Shown piece after piece: positions 54,897 through 64,000 of a stretch of 64,000 nt of DNA; within the stretch, counting starts at the first letter, position 1, and every line of letters starts with the position of its first letter. Origin of the DNA: Eledone cirrhosa (taxonomy: Eukaryota); NCBI GenBank assembly GCA_964016885.1, contig OZ024740.1:431334001-431398000 (forward strand), written 5' to 3'. Both the position numbers and the translations under genes were made by a program. The notes under the pieces were generated by a model, which was given only the letters and a program-made list of their open reading frames with translations, did not search any database and was not told where the DNA came from.

Positions 54897-55102
54897 CTGA
54901 ACAAGGAGCTGTACTGCTTGGTAATATCGAAATTCAGGAATTAACACCGAATTACGAAATATTCCAAACTTTTATTAATATCCATCCCTAAGGGTAATTT
55001 TTTATGATATATATTATTATCATCTTCTAAGTAATTATTATTAAAATAATCTATTTAATGGCAGATCGCCGTTATGTGGATTTCCTATTTACAATGAAAT
55101 AC

Positions 55103-55140
55103 TTGGAGAATTTTATTTCGTCGGAACAAGACTGCCATAG
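55103..55140 (-). CDS. Candidate exon B ((A)MAVLFRRNKILQ, phase 1 to phase 0)
   Basis: Strong acceptor TTATTTCTCTTGCAG and donor CAA|GTATTT; 38 nt; phase matches both neighbouring candidate exons. Confidence 0.45.
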
Positions 55141-55789
55141 CTGCAAGAGAAATAACTCCTTAGTTAAAAATAACAAATAAATATTATCTCCCTTAACAAG
55201 AACTAAAAACTAGTGCCTTAATGTCTTGGAATAACGATATACTTTCCTACTTCCAGTTATATATTTATATTGACTTAATAAAAGCCTATATTAATTTGAA
55301 ATGTTTAGATTTTATAAAAAGGAAAAACAAATATCATATATATATACTGGAATATAGTTAGTTTACAATGTGAAATTTCATGAGAATTCTCCGATTGTTG
55401 ACATCAGCTAAATATTTTTTACGAAATTTTAGTATTTTGTAATTAATCAATCGATTTAAATTGATATTCAGTAAGGAAGGTTTTAACAAAAAATAAAGGG
55501 TTAAAAAAAATAATAATCTCCATAGTAATTTAATGTAGTAGCAACTTTGTAAGTAGAAATACTTAGATGTGGATGTAGTTATTTAACATGTAGCTAAATT
55601 TTATTGAAATGAAACTCACAAAGTTGGCTTAAAAACCATTGATAATTACATAGATATGAAAAAGAAAGATAAAAACAAAATAAAGAAAGGAGGAAGGAGT
55701 AAAGAAGGGCAGATCTGGCTGTATGGGAAAGTAGAGGGAAAGACTATATGCCAAATATGTAGCTAAATATTTGAAGATTTGCTTGTTAC

Positions 55790-55913
55790 CCACTTCACTC
55801 TTTGAATTAGAAAACTGAAAATTATTTATTAATGACAAGATTTCTTTTGTCAGTTTGCTCCACTGATATTTTGTCAAGTAGCACATCTGGTTTATGTAAT
55901 TTTCAGACTAAAT
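55790..55913 (-). CDS. Candidate exon A (...MCYLTKYQWSKLTKEILSLINNFQFSNSKSEV, ends in phase 1)
   Basis: Strong acceptor TTTAATTTCTCTTGTAG and donor TGG|GTAACA. The first about 20 nt have stops in all frames, so coding would begin at ATG 55886, or via the alternative acceptor at 55907, or the exon is disrupted. Confidence 0.4.
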
Positions 55914-56880
55914 CTACAAGAGAAATTAAAAGAAGGTTTATGAAAGTGTTCTATGCTTACTCTGAGTTCCTTTACAATTTTACATGTAACATTTTAAAAG
56001 AGAAAGAAAAACAATGTTAGAGAAATTACTCTGTGTAAATGGTATATGATTTAGTTTAATCAAACATAGTTAAGTCAGTGTTGAAAACCTTAGCAGCTCT
56101 CCTAGACATGTGAAGTTGAAATAGTTGATATTTAATATTACATTAGGAAAAAGTAGGTTGGAAGAAAGTTCTGAAGAGTTCCATTTTTAGGTAAACAGAA
56201 TTGAGGGCTAACTTTTTAATAGGCAATTGAGACAGAATAGCAATGGGGTTGTAAGACCAAAGATGTAAAGGTTTTAGTAGAATTGGAGAAATAACAGAGT
56301 GTTTGAAACACAGTGACTGGAGTATGTTAGAGAGATGTGGATTGGATTGAGTAGCAGTGATCAGATGATTGGCTGCTCATGTGATAGGTTTTTAACTGAG
56401 CCTGTGGCACTCTTAGTCTCTAGACCACATTCCTGCTTTCTGATCAGTTTGTAGTTAAGCTTGTGGCAATGGAGACTTCCGACATCATCGCCCCCAGATC
56501 ACATCTCTACTCACTGCCATTGGAGTATATTTGGCTGTGGGCCTCGCACTTGTGAGGTGGAATGACTGTTCCAGCGTGTCTCCTTTGCCATCCTCTGGTG
56601 TAATGTCTTCACCATCCTGTCAGTCTCGACCATGAGGTAGACTGACCCTTAAGTTTCATGTATGGTAGTGGCATGTGGATTAGATATATTTCCATAAGTA
56701 TGATTACTAAGAAAGTGAAAATATTTGGAAAGGTATCAAAGGTGTTTGGAAAATTGGTAAGTCTGTAAGAGATAAGAATAGATAAGGAACAGGGTTCCAT
56801 AGTTTTACCAGTGTAAAAGGTCAGGTAAGAAGAAGACCTCAGAGAGAGATGAGGTGAGATAGATGTCCTTGGTAGAAACA

Positions 56881-57443
56881 AATCATCATCGTCATCATCC
56901 TCCTTGTTTTTACATCTGCTTTTCTATGCTTGCATGAGCTGGTTGGGTCTTTCTCAGAACAGCATCTCCCCACTTGCCACGTTCCTTCGTCATCTCCTCT
57001 GCCAGTCTTAACAATTTTAGGTCTGCTCTCACAACCTCTGCCCAGGTCTTTCTAGGTCATCTTCTACTGCAGATTCCTTCTACTGGGATTTCCTGGCATT
57101 TCTTAACTTATCAATCATTGTCCATGCCACATTACATGTCCATACCAACACAGTCTTCTCTCCTACACACCATCTTAGATTCCGCTTAAGCCCAGCTTCT
57201 CTCTCAGCTCATCCAAGCTCTGTCTTTCTCTCACACTTACATTGCACATCTAACGGAGTATGGTTGCTTTGTTTCTCTCCAGTCTACGGCAGTTACAGCC
57301 CATATTTCAGTACCATGCAGCATTCCTTTTGTACATAGGGAAAAACCTTTTGTTGTCAGCAGTGGGAGTAGTTCTCTAAACTTCTTCCATCCTACCCTAA
57401 TTTTAGCTATTATACTCTTGGCACACCCTCCTCCGCTGCTAAT
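56881..57443 (-). mobile_element. 5'-truncated, decayed RTE-clade LINE (3' end of the ORF plus tail)
   Basis: Minus-strand translation ISSGGGCAKSIIAKIRVGWKKFRELLPLLTTKGFSL...RRLCWYGHVM...VEG...PRKTWAEVVRADL matches the RTE C-terminus. (GAT)n-like tail at 56881-56899. Internal stops and indels. Confidence 0.88.
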
Positions 57444-57498
57444 ATTGAATATTAGAGAAACTTTCAGTTAGAGTAACTGTAAGTCATTCTAGTTGTTA

Positions 57499-60400
57499 GT
57501 AACATCCAGTTGATACCCTCCAGTTGATAACATCCAGTTGATAACATCCAGTTGGTAACATCCAGTTGATAACATCCAGTTGATAACATCCAGTTGATAC
57601 CATCCAGTTGGTAACATCCAGTTGATAACATCCAGTTGTTACCATCTAGTTGGTAACATCCAGTTGGTACCATCCAGTTGGTAACATCTAGTTGGTAACA
57701 TCCAGTTGATAACATCCAGTTGATAACATCCAGTTGATACCATCCAGTTGATAACATCCATTTGATAACATCCAGTTGATAACATCCAGTTGATAACATC
57801 CAGTTGATAACATCCAGTTGGTAACATCCAGTTGATAACATCCAGTTGATACCAACCAGTTGATAACATCCAGTTGATACCAACCAGTTGGTAACATCCA
57901 GTTGATAACATCCAGTTGATAACATCCAGTTGATAACATCCAGTTGATAACATCCAGTTGATAACATCCAGTTGGTAACATCCAGTTGATACCAACCAGT
58001 TGGTAACAGCCAGTTGATACCAGCCAGTTGGTAACATCCAGTTGATAACATCCAGTTGATAACATCCAGTTGATAACATCCAGTTGGTAACATCCAGTTG
58101 ATACCAACCAGTTGATAACATCCAGTTGGTAACATCCAGTTGGTAACATCCAGTTGATACCATCCAGTTGGTAACATCCAGTTGGTACCATCCAGTTGTT
58201 ACCATCCAGTTGGTACCATCCAGTTGATACCATCCAGTTGGTACCATCCAGTTGGTAACATCCAGTTGGTACCATCCAGTTGGTACCATCCAGTTGGTAC
58301 CATCCAGTTGGTACCATCCAGTTGGTACCATCCAGTTGGTACCATCCAGTTGATAACATCCATTTGATAACATCCAGTTGGTAACATCCAGTTGGTACCA
58401 TCCAGTTGATAACACCCAGTTGGTAACATCCAGTTGGTAACATCCACTTGATAACATCCAGTTGATAACATCCAGTTGGTAACATCCAGTTGATAACATC
58501 CATTTGATAACATCCAGTTGATAACATCCAGTTGATAACATCCAGTTGATAACATCCAGTTGGTACCATCCAGTTGGTAACATCCAGTTGGTAACATCCA
58601 GTTGGTACCATCCAGTTGGTACCAACCAGTTGATAACATCCAGTTGGTACCATCCAGTTGATAACATCCAGTTGATAACACCCAGTTGATAACACCCAGT
58701 TGGTAACATCCAGTTGATAACATCCAGTTGGTACCATCCAGTTGGTAACATCCAGTTGATACCAACCAGTTGATAACATCCAGTTGGTACCATCCAGTTG
58801 ATAACATCCACTTGATAACATCCAGTTGATAACATCCAGTTGGTAACATCCAGTTGATAACATCCAGTCGATAACATCCAGTTGATAACACCCAGTTGAT
58901 AACATCCAGTTGGTAACATCCAGTTGATAACATCCACTTGATAACATCCAGTTGATAACATCCAGTTGGTAACATCCAGTTGGTACCAACCAGTTGATAA
59001 CATCCAGTTGGTACCATCCAGTTGATAACATCCAGTTGATAACACCCAGTTGGTAACATCCAGTTGATAACATCCAGTTGGTACCATCCAGTTGGTAACA
59101 TCCAGTTGATACCAACCAGTTGGTACCATCCAGTTGATAACATCCACTTGATAACATCCAGTTGATAACATCCAGTTGGTAACATCCAGTTGATAACATC
59201 CAGTTGGTACCATCCAGTTGGTAACATCCAGTTGGTACCATCCAGTTGGTAACATCCAGTTGATAACATCCAGTTGATAACATCCAGTTGGTACCATCCA
59301 GTTGGTAACATCCAGTTGATACCATCCAGTTGGTAATATCCAGTTGGCACCATCCAGTTGATAACATCCAGTTGGTACCATCCAGTTGGTAACATCTAGT
59401 TGATAACATCCAGTTGGTAACATCCAGTTGGTAACATCCAGTGGGTACCATCCAGTGGGTACCATCCAGTTGGTACCATCCAGTTGGAAACATCCAGTTG
59501 GTAACATCCAGTTGATAACATCCAGTTGTTACCATCCAGTTGGTACCATCCAGTTGATAACATCCAGTTGGTAACATCCAGTTGATACCATCCAGTTGGT
59601 ACCATCCAGTTGGTAACATCCAGTTGATAACATCCAGTTGATAACATCCAGTTGATAACATCCAGTTGGTAACATCCAGTTGATAACATCCAGTTGATAA
59701 CATCTAGTTGATAAAATCCAGTTGGTACCATCCAGTTGATAACATCCAGTTGATAACATCCAGTTGATAACATCCAGTTCGTACCATCCAGTTGGTACCA
59801 TCCAGTTGGTACCATCAAGTTGATAACATCCAGTTGGTACCATCCAGTTGGTACCATCCAGTTGATAACATCCAGTTGATAACATCCAGTTGGTACCATC
59901 CAGTTGATAACATCCAGTTGATAACATCCAGTTGGTACCATCCAGTTGGTACCATCCAGTTGATAACATCCAGTTGATAACATCCAGTTGGTACCATCCA
60001 GTTGATAACATCCAGTTGGTAACATCCAGTTGGTACCATCCAGTTGGTAACATCCAGTTGGTACCATCCAGTTGGTACCATCCAGTTGGTAACATCCAGT
60101 TGATAACATCCAGTTGGTACCATCCAGTTGGTAACATCCAGTTGGCAGCATCCAGTTGGTAACATCCAGTTGGTACCATCCAGTTGGTCACATCCAGTTG
60201 GTACCATCCAGTTGGTAACATCCAGTTGGTACCATCCAGTTGGTAACATCCAGTTGATAACATCCAGTTGGTACCATCCAGTTGATAACATCCAGTTGGT
60301 ACCATCCAGTTGATACCATCCAGTTGATAACATCCAGTTGATAACATCCAGTTGATAACATCCAGTTGATAACATCCAGTTGATAACATCCAGTTGATAA

Positions 60401-60594
60401 CATCTTGTTGATAACATCCAGTTGATAACACCCAGTTGATAACATCCAGTTGATACCATCCAGTTGGTACCATCCAGTTGATAACATCCAGTTGATACCA
60501 TCCAGTTGATAACATCCAGTTGATACCATCCAGTTGATAACATCCAGTTGATACCATCCAGTTGATACCATCCAGTTGATAACATCCAGTTGAT
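57499..60594. repeat. 14-bp minisatellite CAGTTG[A/G]TA[A/C]CATC, about 220 copies
   Basis: Unit read directly. The 14-aa periodicity of the overlapping minus-strand ORFs equals three units. Confidence 0.98.
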
Positions 60595-60782
60595 GTGTTT
60601 TATAGATTCAGCCACAATAATAAATAATAATAATAATGAAAATATTGTGTACAGTGCTCAGGTGCACTACAACTCATCAAAAAGTGTATGTATAGTACAT
60701 AGGGTAATGTACAAACGTCTGGGAAATGAACAGTGCATGAGTCATGATATACACATGTGTGCATGTGTATGGAAGGGGTACA

Positions 60783-63654
60783 TTAGGTGTAGTTTTGGTG
60801 TATTTCGGGAAGCCAGAGTGTCTTAAAGGATGCAGTGTCTCGGCAGCTAACAACTGATGTAGGTAGTTTGTTCCATGGAGGTTTTAAAGGATGCAGTGTC
60901 TCGACAGCTAACAACTGACGCAGGCAGTTTGTTCCATGCTTCAGCAACTCTAAGTGTGAAAAAATGTTTCTGAAAGTCATGGGAGCTGTGCTGTTTTCTG
61001 ACGTTGTAGGCATGTCCACGTGTGTTAGACACATGGAGATCAAAAAGGTGCTCAGGGTTGTTGTTGGCGAGATGGTTAATAACTTTGTGGGTGTTTACCA
61101 AGTCCATTGCCAGACGTCGGAGCTTCAATGAATCCATGTCCAGGGAAGCAAGGCGTTCAGAGTATAGTAGGTGTCTGATGGAGGATATGCGCTTGGTTGC
61201 ACGTCTCTGAACAGTTTCCTGGAGATCAATGTTCTGAGCAAGATAGGGGTTCCAGACTGATGATGCGAATTCCAAGTGTAGTCGTACCATAGCTGTATAC
61301 AGTTTTAAATAGATGGCTGGAGAGCGGCTAACAAAGGTCTTGTTGAGTGAATGCCAAGACACCTTCGGCCTTCTTGACAATTTTAGAGATATGCTTTGTC
61401 CAACGCAAATCGCTGTTGACAGTAATACCCAGGTTACGTTCACAAGAGGACTTCTTGATATCAGTGTTGTGGAGGGAGTATGTGGACGCTGGATTTTTCC
61501 TCCCAAAATCCATGGTGGTACACTAGTCCACAGCCAGCTTCAGTTGCCAGTCTGTGATCCATTGTTGCATTGTGTCCAGGTCAGACTGCAAGCAAGATCT
61601 ATAGTGTTCAGGATCTGTCCTTTTTATCTCAAGGTACAGCTTGATGTCATCTGCGTACTTTAGTACCGTGGCATTCTTTAAGTTGGCATCTATGTCATTA
61701 ATATATGCCACAAACAAAAGGGGGCCAAGAACAGATCCTGTAGTACACCAGATGACATCTAATATGGTGAGGAATGCTGTCCTAGAACCGTGACTGCCTC
61801 TTTTCGACTGAAAATGAACGATTTCAACCAGTTAAAAAGATCATCTTTCACACCCATTGCAGAGAGTTTCACCATAAGTCTTTTGTGTGGCACAGAATTA
61901 AAAGCATTAGAGAAGTCAAGGTAAACAACATCCACCCATGAGCCGCTGTCAGTGATCCGGGTGATGTCTTCAAGGAACTCGATAAGCTGATCACAGCAGC
62001 TGGAGTTAGGGATAAATCCGAATTGCGAGGGCCGGATGAGGCTGTGAGAGTTCCAGAAGTTCCAAAGTGTTTCTCTGACACAGGATTCCATCATTTTGGC
62101 AATACAGCTAATAAGACTGACTGGACGATAGTTGACAGGTGACGTGCGGTCGCCCTTTTTGAACAGGGGAATGACACTGGCAGTTTTCCACTGCTCCGGA
62201 GTAGCACCATTGTTAAGACAGTATTGGAAGAAGAAAGAAAGCTAGTGCAAAAAAGAAGTACCTGCTACGTTTGAGAAGCAGGTATGTAACACCATCAAGA
62301 CCAGGGGAGGCATAGTTGCGCTTATTCTTAAGGTGACGTCACAACATTGCAGGTGTAAATTCCATAGTTGTTATGGAATTTGATGTTAGAGATGAGATGG
62401 TACATTCTGGTTTTCAACTGTAAAAATGCTTGCATAGCACTCAACAATGAGTTCTATGCATTCTTTGGGATCGTCAGTGATCTGGTTTGTGTGGGGATTG
62501 CGAAGAGGACGAACTGGAGAGTGAGGTCTCTGCTTTGAATGTACATATTTCTAGAACACTTTACTGTCAGGATTGGTTGTTATGTACTGTTCAAATTCAA
62601 GCACTGCCTTTTTTGTCACTTGCTTGAGATGATTGGAAGATTTATTCTGCTTTTTTCTGTTGGCATCTGATTTATGCAGTTTATATTCCCGTTCAGCGTT
62701 CCAACGTTCTTTCCTGGCAAGTCGGACCGCCTAAGTTTCCCAAATTGCACTTTTGGGGTGGGTTTTTTTCTGCTTACATGGCACTGGTGCTGCACATGCT
62801 ATCCATATTGAGTCCAGGATGCTCTGGAGTATAGTGTTCACATCTCCAGAGTTATACATCTCATGCCAGTTTGGGCGCTGTAGCTCAGTGCTGTAAAAGT
62901 TCCAATCTGCTTTCTTCCAATCAAAGCAAGCAGATTGGAGATGGTTCTGGTTTTTGTTGCTGCCCACAAGAGCCAGATTGGCAATGATCATAGCATGATC
63001 AGAGTCGCCTAGAGGTTCCTCAGTAGTACAACTGATAACCACTTCAGGAGTAGTGGTGAAGATCAGGTCCAAAGTGTTGTCACCTCTTGTTGGAAAGGTG
63101 ACTACTTGTGACCAGTTTGAGTCCAGAACTAGCTCAAGGAAATCATTTTCACTTTGTGGCCAACGAAAGGTTTCCTATTCGATCTCAGGATGATTGAAGT
63201 CACCTGCAATAAACACATAAGTGGCTGTTTACCTGGCAGCAGCACTGAGGATATCGCAACGCTGTGTGTCCTGATGGTAGTTTGGGGGGGGGGGGGCGAT
63301 AAACAACACCAAGTAGAAGTGTTGACATGATCATACGTATGTCACAGAAAAAAACTTCTTGTGATTCATTCAAATCAACGCAAGGAATTATGAAAAATTT
63401 GAACGAACGTAGACCATCACACCACCACCACGGTGATTAATGTTGTACCCAGTAATGCTGAAAACACCATCACAGAGTAAGGAATGTGCTTATGTTTCCG
63501 TGACTGTGATGAAGTCAGGGCCGATGCTTCTGACGTAGGAGTTAAACAAATGTATCTTGTATAAACTGCGAGCATTTAAGGACAACAATTTGTACCCTGC
63601 TTGCAGTTTATAATGGTGTGTAGAGGAGGGCAGGTTGTTCTGGTTTAGTTTCCC
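60783..63654 (-). pseudogene. CR1-type ORF2 (AP endonuclease plus reverse transcriptase) with multiple stops and frameshifts
   Basis: APE motifs: LSLNARSL, ITVTET, RGGGVMVYV, GDFNHP, LDLIFT, LGDSDH. RT motifs: NYRPVSL, QFGF, VDVVYLDFSNAFNSVPHKRL, KYADDIKLY. CR1-like C-terminus: LYTAMVRLHLEFASSVWNP, TRGH...FFTLRVAEAWNKLP. Confidence 0.92.
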
Positions 63655-63998
63655 AGAGTTGTTGCAGTTTTTTCATTGCCAGTTATTGTGGGTAGAGCGC
63701 ACTCAGACCAGCTGGTATCTCTCTTCCACATTTCACCAGCCTTAACAAACCTCCAGATCTGCCCATCATCACACAGACTAAAACTTTCATGTTGTGCTGA
63801 GTTCCGATTCAAGGAAGCTGCAGCATGTAGCTTTGGACATACATCAGGTGGTAGGCCTGGGCGTGTTCGGAAGGTAATCCGATTTTCACGCCCAGCTTTA
63901 ACAGAGGCTAGATGATATGAAATTGCCTCAGTGGGGTCCGAAAAAGACAGCCTGATGAGTCTGGGTTTTGGACCAGGTCGACCAAGGCGGAGAGCACC
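63645..63998 (-). CDS. C-terminal 117 codons of LINE ORF1, uninterrupted; start lies outside the window
   Basis: Manual translation GALRLGRPGPKPRLIRLSFSDP...ATTLGN* has no internal stop. RLG...PRLIRLSF resembles the L1-type ORF1 RRM (Transposase_22-like) motif. It is absent from the supplied ORF track. Confidence 0.7.
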   Translation of the reverse strand, partial: GALRLGRPGPKPRLIRLSFSDPTEAISYHLASVKAGRENRITFRTRPGLPPDVCPKLHAAASLNRNSAQHESFSLCDDGQIWRFVKAGEMWKRDTSWSECALPTITGNEKTATTLGN

Positions 63999-64000
63999 CT

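Larger units (their letters stand above)
60616..64000 (-). mobile_element. CR1/L2-group non-LTR retrotransposon, decayed, with its 5' part beyond the window
   Basis: (ATT)n tail at 60616-60637, a short 3' UTR, ORF2 with APE and RT motifs, and the ORF1 C-terminus. Confidence 0.93.

Noticed and set aside
55366-55407. Possible alternative exon (ADVNNRRILMKFHI, phase 1 to phase 0) mutually exclusive with exon B
   Set aside because: The acceptor lacks a polypyrimidine tract (AAAAAATATTTAG), the donor is weak, and similarity to exon B is marginal.
56200-56880. Possible further degraded LINE endonuclease or other repeat fragments
   Set aside because: Only vague motif resemblance; I could not assign a family or boundaries by eye.
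57464-60615. Long minus-strand ORFs (237-671 aa) as real genes
   Set aside because: They overlap in all three frames and are simple translations of a 14-bp unit with no unique domain.
63284-63296. Poly-G run inside CR1 ORF2 as a G-quadruplex or phase-variation switch
   Set aside because: It is a single homopolymer expansion at the YRPP-coding region of an already dead copy and may be a sequencing artefact.
61022-63915. Plus-strand ORFs 61022-61210, 61313-61663 and 63676-63915
   Set aside because: They are antisense shadows of the CR1 ORF1 and ORF2.

Overview
Eukaryotic, AT- and repeat-rich genomic DNA with no prokaryotic features. The repeat families resemble those I recall from octopus/cephalopod genomes; this taxonomic guess is unverified. 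Bases 1-49849 are one uninterrupted 72-bp satellite array (about 690 monomers) with nested, irregular higher-order duplications, and every ORF called there is a translation artefact. The remaining 14 kb holds SINE-like fragments, a 5'-truncated Tx1/L1-type LINE in a (TA)n tract, two hairpin-forming inserts with hammerhead/Penelope-like half-motifs, a degraded Gypsy-like RT remnant, an RTE LINE 3' fragment, a 3.1-kb 14-bp minisatellite and a decayed CR1/L2-group LINE running off the window end. It also contains three small phase-compatible minus-strand exons of a possible host gene (weakly VWA-like). I see no clear new multi-gene system. The best leads are: (i) the satellite monomer appears to derive from the adjacent SINE-like repeat; (ii) the CR1 ORF1/ORF2 junction has a G_GGA_AAC -1 slippery site and no ORF2 ATG; (iii) the hidden spliced gene, whose intron may contain the satellite; (iv) two palindromic microsatellite-embedded elements sharing a 13-bp motif.
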